From: an uncultured bacterium
GTDB taxonomy: Bacteria > Acidobacteriota > HRBIN11 > JAKEFK01
DNA: 64,000 nt
Direction: 5' to 3'
Assembly: GCA_963777505.1 (NCBI GenBank)
Contig: CAVZQN010000004.1
Coordinates: 640,001 to 704,000 of the forward strand
Under the pieces are notes generated by a model that had not been told where the DNA came from, made no database searches, and was given only the letters and a program-made list of their open reading frames with translations. The translations under genes and the position numbers were made by a program. Below are positions 17,854 through 26,722 of this stretch, piece after piece (position 1 is the first letter of the stretch; each line of letters begins with the position of its first letter).

Positions 17854-19869
17854 CTAGCTAATCCGTAGCTTTCCTTCAGTTGCTTTTTCGATAATCGATT
17901 CGGCATCAAGTACAAGAATCGGTTTTTGTTCGCCTATTTCAGCAGCTCCGGCTATCCCAGGAATATTTTTTAACTTTTCACCCATCGTCTTGATTACAAT
18001 TTCCTGCTGACCAAGCATTTCTTCTACAACCAAACCTGCGCGTTGTTCCCCCATGTTTACGATAACAGCAAAGAATTTATCGCGATGATTGGTGTTGTCG
18101 AGGTGGAATACATCGCTGACACGGATCAATGGGACAGTCCGGTCGCGCAAATAAAAAACTTCCTTCCGGTCTACAGTGCGGATTTCCGATTTTTGAATTC
18201 GTACTGTTTCGGACACTGAACTCAGCGGCACTGCATATTTACGGCCGGAAGTTCTGACAATCAAAGCCTGAATAATCGCAAGAGTAATTGGAAGAGTGAT
18301 CTCAAACCGTGTTCCTTTTCCATTCTCTGACGTTACATTAATTGTTCCTTTCAGCTGCGAAATATTTTTTTTCACAACATCAAGGCCTACCCCTCTGCCG
18401 GATAATTCCGTAATCTGATCTGAAGAGGTAAATCCCGGACTGAAGATAAGATCGATGCATTCTTTCATATCGATCGTATGATCTTTCGGGATCAATCCGC
18501 GTTTGCGAGCAAGCTCCTGAACTTTCTTGATTTGAATCCCGCGTCCATCATCTTGAATCTGAATCACAACATTATTTCCGCGTTGGAAGGCATTTAATTG
18601 AATGGAGCCTGCTTCGGGCTTCCCGTGCCTTTTTCTTTCTTCAGGAGATTCGATCCCATGATCGATTGCGTTCCTGATAATATGCATCAAAGGATCGGAA
18701 AGTTGCTCGATCAGAATTTTGTCAAGTTCGGTGTCTTCACCCGAGAAAGTCAGTTCAATCTGTTTGTTCGTTTCACGCGATAATTTGCGGATGATTCTGC
18801 CTAACTTGTTATAGATTTGTCCGATCGAAACAAGCCTGATTTCTATAACACTCCGCTGAAGCTCGTTTAATTTTTTTTCAAGTTCTGCTGCTGAACGAAA
18901 CAGCGAAAGTCCGGCTGCTGAACTAGCCTGAGTAGAAGTAATTTGCCGGCTGAGGTTTGTAATAATTGTTTTAACAATAACAAGCTCGCCAATAATGTTT
19001 ATGACTTCATCAAGCTTTTGAATATCAACCCTGACTGTGTGCGAAAGACTCTTCAGGCTGTCATCGACAACTTTTTCAACTTCCTGTTGTTGTTCTGTGG
19101 GTGTGAGAATTTGAGCTATCTTCTTTCGGATGCTTGTGATTTCGAGATCATCTCTTCCTAGAACCTGCGCCATCTCTCGTTCACTTTCAGTTGTTCCAAA
19201 AATCAAACGGAACACCATGAAATTCGGTCCGGCGCTCATGTCGAAAGAAGGAAGTGTAGAAATAATTTCGCCGTGATTGGCCAGGATTTCTGTGATGGAA
19301 CGGAGTTCTTGATCAAACGTGGAGCTATCAAGCATCAAACGGATATTGAATAGATTTAAATCCCGTTTTACATTTTCACGAAGCCGGTGCTCTTCATACT
19401 CGGTAAAAGACTTGATCGTCTGTTCATCAAGATTTAATTCAGAGAGGCCTGATTCTTGAAGTTGCGTCTGTCCCGAAACCAGCTCATTAATTTTTCGCAG
19501 GAGGCTTGAGGGATCACTCTGCTCTGTACCCGACTTGCTGACTTCATTTACCATCCGGTTCAACAAATCTATTGCCTGAAATAACAGGTCCACACTGGCC
19601 GCGGTTAATTGAAGTTTGCCGAGCCTTAAACGATCCAGTGTATTTTCAAGTTCGTGAGTGAAACTTGAAATTGTTTCGAATCCCACCATTCCAGAAATTC
19701 CTTTCAAAGAGTGGAATTCGCGGAAAATTTTGTTGATCAGTTCCGGTTTAACTGCATTTGTATGAACACCAGTTTCAAGCTGCTGTATATCAATCGCAAG
19801 AGATTCAAGGATTTCTTCCGCTTCGCTGATGAATTCTTTCTTGCTTGTTTCTTTTTCTTTTTTCGGCAT
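17854..19869 (-). CDS. cheA: Chemotaxis histidine kinase CheA
   Basis: Hpt FREFHSLKG; HIIRNAIDHG, DDGRGI, SGRGVGLDVV; C-terminal CheW domain. Confidence 0.96.
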   Translation of the reverse strand: MPKKEKETSKKEFISEAEEILESLAIDIQQLETGVHTNAVKPELINKIFREFHSLKGISGMVGFETISSFTHELENTLDRLRLGKLQLTAASVDLLFQAIDLLNRMVNEVSKSGTEQSDPSSLLRKINELVSGQTQLQESGLSELNLDEQTIKSFTEYEEHRLRENVKRDLNLFNIRLMLDSSTFDQELRSITEILANHGEIISTLPSFDMSAGPNFMVFRLIFGTTESEREMAQVLGRDDLEITSIRKKIAQILTPTEQQQEVEKVVDDSLKSLSHTVRVDIQKLDEVINIIGELVIVKTIITNLSRQITSTQASSAAGLSLFRSAAELEKKLNELQRSVIEIRLVSIGQIYNKLGRIIRKLSRETNKQIELTFSGEDTELDKILIEQLSDPLMHIIRNAIDHGIESPEERKRHGKPEAGSIQLNAFQRGNNVVIQIQDDGRGIQIKKVQELARKRGLIPKDHTIDMKECIDLIFSPGFTSSDQITELSGRGVGLDVVKKNISQLKGTINVTSENGKGTRFEITLPITLAIIQALIVRTSGRKYAVPLSSVSETVRIQKSEIRTVDRKEVFYLRDRTVPLIRVSDVFHLDNTNHRDKFFAVIVNMGEQRAGLVVEEMLGQQEIVIKTMGEKLKNIPGIAGAAEIGEQKPILVLDAESIIEKATEGKLRIS

Positions 19870-20237
19870 TAGATATTCAAAAGTCTCCGGATAATCGACT
19901 GCAGCTCTCCAGGCTCAAAGGGTTTTGTTACGTATTCATCGGCGCCGAGTTCCATGCCGCGCTGACGATCTGCTTCGCTTTTTTCTGTTGAGATAATCAC
20001 GACCGGAATTTCTTTGTACAGAGGATGGTTTTTTAAGAAGCTGAGAAGCTCGAGTCCATTAATGTCGGGCATATTGATGTCGGTCAAAATGATGTCGAAA
20101 CTTTCTTGAGGTAGGGCTTTTAGAGCTTCAAAGCCATTGGCGACTTCAACGGAACGGATATTCCGAAGATTTTCAAGTGACGAAACGATGATCCCCCGCA
20201 TAGTCGGGGAATCTTCAACAACGAGCGCTGTTTTCAA
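19869..20237 (-). CDS. cheY: Single-domain response regulator CheY (TTG start)
   Basis: VVEDS, TDINMP, YVTKPF; adjacent to cheA. Confidence 0.88.
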   Translation of the reverse strand: MKTALVVEDSPTMRGIIVSSLENLRNIRSVEVANGFEALKALPQESFDIILTDINMPDINGLELLSFLKNHPLYKEIPVVIISTEKSEADRQRGMELGADEYVTKPFEPGELQSIIRRLLNI

Positions 20238-20244
20238 AAACGCC

Positions 20245-22065
20245 TCATCGAAACTTTAGCGTATCTATTTTACGTTGCAGCACTGCGTTTTCCATAGCCA
20301 TTCCTGCCTGAACAATGAATATTTCCAGGGCTTCAAGGTCCTTAATCGGGCGTTTGGTTACTGCATTATCTCCGTACAACAACGCGATCACTTCGGTGCC
20401 GGTTGTGAGCGGAATCATCGCTATTGAAGTAGGCATCAGACGTCCGGTCATCTGAATCAACATCCTGTTCACGGGTGTATCACCCAGCTTACCGATGTGA
20501 GTTTGTTTTTTACGTATAACTCTCGAAAAAATTGAATCTTCTTTCAGCGAGAATTTAATTCGTCTGACTTTTATAGGCATACTATCTGCATCACCTGTAT
20601 CCCCGAATCCGCCGAGTCCGTTGACTTCATCTTTTTTGACAAGGAACAAAAGTCCTCGATCGAAAAATTCGGCCGCATAACGCAGGATCAAAAGCGAAAT
20701 TTCAGGAGCCTCACTAGGATTTCGCAATTGCTGAATGATTTCATGCAAGGCTGCCATTTGCCGCATCATGTTTGTTGCAGAAACATTCGGAGCATCCGCG
20801 GAACTTTCAATTCCAAGATCGCTCCAAAAGTCTTCCCCAAGTTCTGATTGCTTGATTTGATGAGGTGGCTGCCGAAACGCTTCAACTAATGCATCTGTAA
20901 ATTTAGAAAGGACAGTCTCCAGATCTCTCATCGAGGCTTTATGGATGTTTGGTTTTTTGTGAAATTGATGAACACCAAGACCAAAAGCTCGAGTTTGCGC
21001 TTTAGGATCATCGAAGTCATTGATCACAATTATTGGAATTGAGCTGTTCATACGACGGACTGCTTCGACAATTTCAAGTCCACCAAGATAACCGTTGCCG
21101 ACAGTTGTGGGCATCACAAGATCGGAAATGATCCAGGGATTCCGCTTTTCTTCTACTAATAAATTTACAATTCGGATTGCCTCTGCTGGACCATCTGCCA
21201 GCAGTACGTCAAAGCCTTTTTCAATTAACCGTTTCGCAAGAATTTGTCGAATTAATGCTTCATCATCAATGATCAAAACGAGCTGCTTTACGGCTGTTGC
21301 AGGCGTTGGAAGCGGTGTAATTGCAACCGGCTGGGCATTTACAGGAATCTCAATTTGATCAGCAATTTGATCGAAGTCTATATCAGGGAATTCGGCTGTT
21401 TCTGGCAGTTGAAGATCTGCAAGTCTTACATCAGAAGATTCATCTGCCTTTGATTTCATTTCGTCATACGTCAGCACATCATCAAATTCCGGGACTGCTG
21501 GAATTTCCAAATCAACCGTTGTGTCTCTTTCCTGGTCTTGCAGATCTTCATCACGCCGCTCTTCATCACTAAAGACTGCACTATCCAGTAAAAGTTGCTG
21601 TGGATTTAATCCACGCTCCAGCATTGTTTCCATCGGATTGTAGCGAATATCATCAAACGGAATAACTTCACTCAGATCAAAACTAAATTTTCCTTCGGAC
21701 ATGCTCATCAAATGATAGATCGTAGCCTTGATCTGATTTTGAATAATCTGCTGCAACTCCTGACGGTCGATAATTCCTGATTGCAATATGATCAAACCCA
21801 ATGGTTCATTGCCACGGGCTTTTTGTAGATTCAAAAGTTCTTGAAGGCGGGACGAAGTAACAAGCTGACGTTCCAAAAGAACCTGACCAAGGTTCTTAAT
21901 TTTTGGCGAAGGACATGCTGCGCTTATGATCAAGCCATGTTTAAAAACGATTATGTTTTTGCCCTCTTCGGTTTCGATTGTAAGAATGCCCGTACGTTTA
22001 CTGAGGCTTACAATCTGCAGAATATCAGCTAAAGGAAGGTCTTCCAGATTTCCTACGAGACTCAT
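20245..22065 (-). CDS. DUF4388 (PATAN-like) + receiver + GAF-like protein
   Basis: MSLVGNLEDLPLADILQIV..KRTG; REC IIDDE...SDLVMP; C-terminal LLYGDN...AMEN. Confidence 0.85.
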   Translation of the reverse strand: MSLVGNLEDLPLADILQIVSLSKRTGILTIETEEGKNIIVFKHGLIISAACPSPKIKNLGQVLLERQLVTSSRLQELLNLQKARGNEPLGLIILQSGIIDRQELQQIIQNQIKATIYHLMSMSEGKFSFDLSEVIPFDDIRYNPMETMLERGLNPQQLLLDSAVFSDEERRDEDLQDQERDTTVDLEIPAVPEFDDVLTYDEMKSKADESSDVRLADLQLPETAEFPDIDFDQIADQIEIPVNAQPVAITPLPTPATAVKQLVLIIDDEALIRQILAKRLIEKGFDVLLADGPAEAIRIVNLLVEEKRNPWIISDLVMPTTVGNGYLGGLEIVEAVRRMNSSIPIIVINDFDDPKAQTRAFGLGVHQFHKKPNIHKASMRDLETVLSKFTDALVEAFRQPPHQIKQSELGEDFWSDLGIESSADAPNVSATNMMRQMAALHEIIQQLRNPSEAPEISLLILRYAAEFFDRGLLFLVKKDEVNGLGGFGDTGDADSMPIKVRRIKFSLKEDSIFSRVIRKKQTHIGKLGDTPVNRMLIQMTGRLMPTSIAMIPLTTGTEVIALLYGDNAVTKRPIKDLEALEIFIVQAGMAMENAVLQRKIDTLKFR

Positions 22066-22484
22066 GACGCGCGCTGAGAAGAATTTTCTACTATCTTCTG
22101 ATGGATACTGTCTAAAACTCCATTAATAAATGTAGCAGAATCGCTGGTTCCGAATTTCTTTGCAATTTCAATTGCTTCATTAATCACGACACGCGCCGGC
22201 ACAGATTGTTCTGCCATCAATTCAAAAGTGCCGAGTCGAAGGATATTCCGATCTGTAACAGCCATTCGATCAATTTTCCAATGGCTTGAATGTGAAGAAA
22301 TCAGTTCGTCTATTTCGTTCTGTTTTTCAAGAGTCCCGTGTACAAGAGAAGTTGCATACGTCATGACTTCTGATTTTGCTGAATGTAATTCCCAAAATAC
22401 TTTCAAAAATTCTTCCACAGGTGCTGGATTCAAATCGAGTGCATAAAGGATTTGAACCGTGTATTCACGCGCCTTGCGTCTCAT
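22062..22484 (-). CDS. nusB: Transcription antitermination factor NusB
   Basis: RRKARE, DRNILR, VVINEAIEIAKKFG, FINGVLD. Confidence 0.97.
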   Translation of the reverse strand: MRRKAREYTVQILYALDLNPAPVEEFLKVFWELHSAKSEVMTYATSLVHGTLEKQNEIDELISSHSSHWKIDRMAVTDRNILRLGTFELMAEQSVPARVVINEAIEIAKKFGTSDSATFINGVLDSIHQKIVENSSQRAS

Positions 22485-22960
22485 CGCATCAGCTCCTGAG
22501 ATTTCTTAAACAAAGTTGCCATCTCAACTGCAGTCCTCGCTGCTTCCCAGCCTTTATTTTCCGATTGTTTGCCGGAACGTTCCATTGCTTGTTCAACAGT
22601 GTCCGCAGTGATAACACCAAATGCAACAGGGATGCTAAAGTCAGCCGCCACCTGTTGAATTCCTCGCGCACATTGCTCACTGATCAACTCGAAATGAAAG
22701 GTTTCTCCGCGCAATACAGCTCCTAAACAAATGATTGCATCATATGTGCCTGATTCCGCAACTTTACGTGCCATTTGAGGAATCTCAAATGAACCAGGTA
22801 CGCGATAGACAATCACTTGTTCCTCCTGTGCCCCAATCGTGGCCAAAGCCTCGATAGCACCTTGCAAAAGTCTGTCCGTGATAGAAGAGTTGAATCGGCT
22901 AATTACAATTGCCAGACGAAGACCTTGTGCTGCGACATCACCTTCGATTACACTTGGCAT
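22481..22960 (-). CDS. ribH: 6,7-dimethyl-8-ribityllumazine synthase
   Basis: SRFN, VPGSFEIP, LGAVLRGET, NKGWEAA. Confidence 0.97.
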   Translation of the reverse strand: MPSVIEGDVAAQGLRLAIVISRFNSSITDRLLQGAIEALATIGAQEEQVIVYRVPGSFEIPQMARKVAESGTYDAIICLGAVLRGETFHFELISEQCARGIQQVAADFSIPVAFGVITADTVEQAMERSGKQSENKGWEAARTAVEMATLFKKSQELMR

Positions 22961-23045
22961 TCTTTTCTCTTCTATCTCTAGACAAAGTAACCCCCATTAT
23001 TGTATCCGATTTTCTGCAAATTCAAGGAAAACCACGGCTTCAGAC

Positions 23046-23074
23046 TTGCCGGTAGTGATGGGTCTGGCTATAAT
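23046..23074 (+). promoter_or_regulatory. sigma70 promoter of the iscA-like gene
   Basis: TTGCCG, 17 bp spacer, TATAAT; strong SD AGGAGG downstream. Confidence 0.65.
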
Positions 23075-23102
23075 TAGGGTTTTAGCAAGGAGGAAGGAAA
23101 CG

Positions 23103-23426
23103 ATGTTTCAAGTTACTGAAGGGGCCGCCAAGGAAATACAGAATTTAATGGGTCAATATCAAAATCCTGAACTGGCTCTTCGTATTCGTGTTGTTGCAGG
23201 TGGCTGCTCCGGGTTCTCCTACGATCTTGCGTTTGATGATCAAATTCAGACATCCGACAAGATCTTTGATTCGAATGGAGTCAAAGTTGTCATCGACGAG
23301 AGGAGTTTTCCTCATCTTGAGGGAACCCAGCTTGATTTCGTAGACACAATGCTTGGCCGTGGATTTACATTTAATAATCCGCAAGCTAAGTCTTCGTGCG
23401 GTTGCGGCTCTTCTTTTAGCACATAA
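23103..23426 (+). CDS. iscA: HesB/IscA/ErpA A-type Fe-S carrier (true start MFQVTE)
   Basis: GGCSG and CGCGSSF; SD before ATG 23103. Confidence 0.9.
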   Translation: MFQVTEGAAKEIQNLMGQYQNPELALRIRVVAGGCSGFSYDLAFDDQIQTSDKIFDSNGVKVVIDERSFPHLEGTQLDFVDTMLGRGFTFNNPQAKSSCGCGSSFST

Positions 23427-23448
23427 ACCAAATTTGAATTGCAATTTT

Positions 23449-23482
23449 GGCCGCTGATGGCGTAAGCGTCGGCGGCCTTTTT
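23449..23482 (+). terminator. Rho-independent terminator
   Basis: GGCCGCTGATG...GTCGGCGGCC stem followed by TTTTT. Confidence 0.75.
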
Positions 23483-23490
23483 AATTTCTA

Positions 23491-23540
23491 GTAGGAGCCG
23501 CCCTTGTGGCGGCCCGGGCGACCACAAGGGTCGCCCCTAC
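23491..23540. repeat. GTAG-family REP pair (BIME-like)
   Basis: GTAGGAGCCGCCCTTGTGGCGGCCC + GGGCGACCACAAGGGTCGCCCCTAC; sister at 44755-44828. Confidence 0.85.
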
Positions 23541-23553
23541 CATTAGGAATTTG

Positions 23554-24279
23554 ATGCTCTGGTCAATTATTTATTCCACATTAGGTCAACTCGCTTCAGG
23601 AATTCTGATTTTTATAGCATTTGTTCCGCCATCAAAAATCGGTAAAGGCTTCGGGCGATTTCATGCGGGGCTTGCACTTGTATTGTGGATCCTTGCTTTT
23701 CGAGGCAATTTTGGTCCTATTCCATTTTTACTAATTTCCTGTTTGTTATTGACTTTGCTTTTCGCATGGCATGATTTCATGTACTACTCTTTTCTCGCAT
23801 GTTCCATCGTTCTTTCTTTAAGCGCTCTTATGCAGCGTGATCTCGCAGCCATGGGAATATTCGGAGCATTATTAGTTCACTTGCCTCCCGCACTGGTACT
23901 TGGCGCGAGTTCAGTTGCAATGCTGCTAGGACACTGGTATCTTGTTGCTCCCAAACTCCCGATCTCGTATTTGAAAGTTCTCACAATCGCATTAATCGTC
24001 ACAATTCTTATCCGTTCGGGAATTCTTGTACAAGGTTTGCTTCAGAATGGTGAACAGTTGGAAGTTCTAAGATTTTTTGAACGATATGGAATGTTTTTCT
24101 GGCAGCGCGTTATTTTAGGACTCGTCATTACATTTGTTCTTTCGATACTGACATACTTTTGCGTTCGAATCCGTTCAACTCAATCTGCAACTGGAATCCT
24201 TTATGTAGTCCTTGTGTTTTGTTTAATCGGTGAAATCATTGCACATTATTTAAGCGTTAAAACAGGCCTTGTATTGTAA
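23554..24279 (+). CDS. Polytopic membrane protein with AMLLGHWYL motif
   Basis: About 8 hydrophobic segments; the ORF-track N-terminus is translated REP, so start moved to 23554. Confidence 0.75.
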   Translation: MLWSIIYSTLGQLASGILIFIAFVPPSKIGKGFGRFHAGLALVLWILAFRGNFGPIPFLLISCLLLTLLFAWHDFMYYSFLACSIVLSLSALMQRDLAAMGIFGALLVHLPPALVLGASSVAMLLGHWYLVAPKLPISYLKVLTIALIVTILIRSGILVQGLLQNGEQLEVLRFFERYGMFFWQRVILGLVITFVLSILTYFCVRIRSTQSATGILYVVLVFCLIGEIIAHYLSVKTGLVL

Positions 24280-24281
24280 AG

Positions 24282-24713
24282 ATGCTTGAAGTTGAATTCA
24301 TATGTATCCAGTGTAGAAACCGGACTTCCCTGGAACTGGAACAGCAGAACACGAATGTTAGTTGTCAGCATTGTGGAAAAGACTATGGAACCCCGGAAAC
24401 GTTTTCCACAGAAAAAGGAATTTCATATTGTGCTGTGTGTGGATGCCGGGATCTGTACACACAAAAGGATTTCAACAGAAAAACGGGACTTGCAATTGTA
24501 GCAATCGGAGCGATTCTAGCTCCGTTTACCAAGTTGATCAGCCTGTTTGTCTGTGCATTGATCGACCTGATTTTATATCGTTTGCTGCCTTTCATTACGG
24601 TTTGTTATCGTTGTAAAGGCATTTATCGCGGTTTTCCTGGCAATCTCGATCATCAAGGTTTTAATCTTGGAATTAACGATCGATACCGTTCAGCCGAAAG
24701 TAATGCAAAGTGA
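24282..24713 (+). CDS. Multi-CxxC (Zn-ribbon) membrane protein
   Basis: CIQC, CQHC, CAVC, CYRC flanking a hydrophobic hairpin. Confidence 0.75.
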   Translation: MLEVEFICIQCRNRTSLELEQQNTNVSCQHCGKDYGTPETFSTEKGISYCAVCGCRDLYTQKDFNRKTGLAIVAIGAILAPFTKLISLFVCALIDLILYRLLPFITVCYRCKGIYRGFPGNLDHQGFNLGINDRYRSAESNAK

Positions 24714-24755
24714 TGCATTTTGTATGCTCAATGTCTTTGTGGTGAAATAGGTGCA

Positions 24756-25772
24756 ATGAAACAAGACGATTTCCCTGATCTTTCAATCGTAGTTCCTGTC
24801 TACAATGAACAAGAAAATGTTGAGGACCTGGTTGCAGCGATAACCGCTGCAATGCAGGACTACAAAGAAGAGTATGAAATTGTTCTGGTAGACGATGGGA
24901 GTACTGATGAATCTTTTGAGATTCTAAAACGGCTTGCGCGGGAAAACTTGAAGATCCGTTTAATTCGTTTTGGAATCAACTATGGACAGACAGCTGCTAT
25001 TTCCGCAGGGTTTAATCATTCTCGCGGCCGCATTTTGATCACGATGGATGCGGATCTTCAAAATGATCCAGCCGATGTTCCTGCATTAATTCAGAAAATG
25101 GAAGAAGGATGGGATGTTGTAAGCGGCTGGAGAAAAAATCGCTTTGATAAGTTTTTGACACGGCGCCTCCCTTCAATGATGGCAAATCGGCTTATCTCCT
25201 ACATAACAGGACTGAAGTTGAACGATTATGGTTGTACTTTGAAAGCATATCGTGGAGATGTTGCACGCCGCATTGAGTTATATGGCGAAATGCATCGTTT
25301 CATACCCGCTCTTGCAAGATGGATGGGTGCATCTGTAACTGAAATGGTGGTTCAGCATCACGCCCGAAAGAAAGGAATTTCCAAGTACGGGATTTCAAGA
25401 ACTCTTAAAGTTTTATTAGATCTTTTTGTTGTGAAGTTTTTAATGACATATTCAACTCAACCGATTCAGATTTTCGGCGGCCTTGGACTCCTCACGTTTT
25501 TCATTTCGCTGATTACAGCCGGACTCGTCATATTCCTTCGCGTTTTTGCCGGTGTAGATATGAGCGGTAATCCTTTGTTATATGCCTCTCTTTCTGGATT
25601 TATGTTGAGCGTCAATTTACTTTTGTTAGGCTTGATTGCTGAAATGCTGGCGCGCACATACCATGAATCTCAACGCAAGCCGATCTATGTAGTAAAAGAA
25701 GTAATTCAATATTCACATTCCGGACTTCTTTCGCAGATAGAGGAAGACGGATTACCTGCATCCCGGAAGTAG
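24756..25772 (+). CDS. GT2 glycosyltransferase (ArnC/GtrB-like polyprenol-phosphate type)
   Basis: VVPVYNE, VDDGSTD, MDADLQND, HRFIP; two C-terminal TM helices. Confidence 0.92.
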   Translation: MKQDDFPDLSIVVPVYNEQENVEDLVAAITAAMQDYKEEYEIVLVDDGSTDESFEILKRLARENLKIRLIRFGINYGQTAAISAGFNHSRGRILITMDADLQNDPADVPALIQKMEEGWDVVSGWRKNRFDKFLTRRLPSMMANRLISYITGLKLNDYGCTLKAYRGDVARRIELYGEMHRFIPALARWMGASVTEMVVQHHARKKGISKYGISRTLKVLLDLFVVKFLMTYSTQPIQIFGGLGLLTFFISLITAGLVIFLRVFAGVDMSGNPLLYASLSGFMLSVNLLLLGLIAEMLARTYHESQRKPIYVVKEVIQYSHSGLLSQIEEDGLPASRK

Positions 25773-25778
25773 TGCCGA

Positions 25779-26171
25779 ATGATTCTTTTTTTAACAAGCG
25801 CTTTTCAGTTGCGTTTGCGGCTCGGTTGGAAACCTGATTTAAAAGGATTCTTAATCGGAGAACGCAATTTATTTTTCTTTACACCAGAAACACTTGTTGA
25901 AGTTTCAACGATTGATATGCAGTCGATCGACTCGTTCCTTTCACGCAAATCGATTGGCGGTCGCTGGGAATTACTCGGGTTTCTGTCTCCCACTGAGCTT
26001 TCAGCCTTTCCCGGTTTTGCACAGATCAATACGTCAGGAGACGACAACCCTAAGAATTGGAAAGCATCAGTTTACTTAACGGGTGATAAGGGTGCTGAAG
26101 CCGTGCCGCTTGAAATTCGGGTAGCTGTTCTTGAAGGATCTGGCAAAAAAGATCCGGATGCCAAAACATGA
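25779..26171 (+). CDS. Hypothetical protein
   Basis: Fills operon gap; ATGA overlap with next gene. Confidence 0.6.
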   Translation: MILFLTSAFQLRLRLGWKPDLKGFLIGERNLFFFTPETLVEVSTIDMQSIDSFLSRKSIGGRWELLGFLSPTELSAFPGFAQINTSGDDNPKNWKASVYLTGDKGAEAVPLEIRVAVLEGSGKKDPDAKT

Positions 26172-26722
26172 ACGACGATGAAAAAAAGCTGTCCTTGAGG
26201 CTCGCACGAGCGGCAATCGGCGAATTTCTTCAAAGCGGCCACGAAATTGAACCTCCTTCAGAATTATTCCTTCAAGAACCTAGAGGCGTATTTGTCAGCT
26301 TGAAAATGGATGGAGAATTGCGTGGTTGTATCGGTTATATGGAAGCCCTCATGCCGCTTGGAAGAGCAATCGTTCGATGCGGAATTCAATCGGCAACACA
26401 GGATCCGCGTTTTCCACCTTTGGCCTTAACTGAACTCGAGCTTGTGAAAGTTGAAATTTCAGTTTTAACTCCGCTGGAGAAAATAGATAATCCTGAAGAT
26501 GTAAAAGTAGGAGTGCATGGGATTGTTGTTTCAGCAGGGAATAGACGCGGGCTTTTACTTCCACAGGTTCCAGAGGAATATGGTTGGGATCGCGAAACAT
26601 TCCTGAAATATGGAAGCCGTAAAGCAGGATTGCCGGACGATGCATGGCAACATCCGGATACATCAATTTATGTTTTTTCCGCTGAAGTCTTTAGAGAAAG
26701 AGATTACCTGGACGCCGTCTGA
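26168..26722 (+). CDS. amrA: AmmeMemoRadiSam system protein A (AMMECR1)
   Basis: LRGCIG, DPRF, EISVL, GLLLPQV. Confidence 0.92.
   Translation: MNDDEKKLSLRLARAAIGEFLQSGHEIEPPSELFLQEPRGVFVSLKMDGELRGCIGYMEALMPLGRAIVRCGIQSATQDPRFPPLALTELELVKVEISVLTPLEKIDNPEDVKVGVHGIVVSAGNRRGLLLPQVPEEYGWDRETFLKYGSRKAGLPDDAWQHPDTSIYVFSAEVFRERDYLDAV

Noticed and set aside
22839-23102. N-terminal extension of the 195-aa iscA ORF
   Set aside because: Antisense to ribH and spans the promoter; the real start with SD is 23103.
23103-23426. Second selenoprotein candidate (HesB family can carry Sec)
   Set aside because: All three conserved positions are Cys codons.
23506-23553. Shared N-terminal peptide ATTRVAPT in ORFs 23506 and 44813
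   Set aside because: Translation of GTAG REP DNA, not a protein motif.
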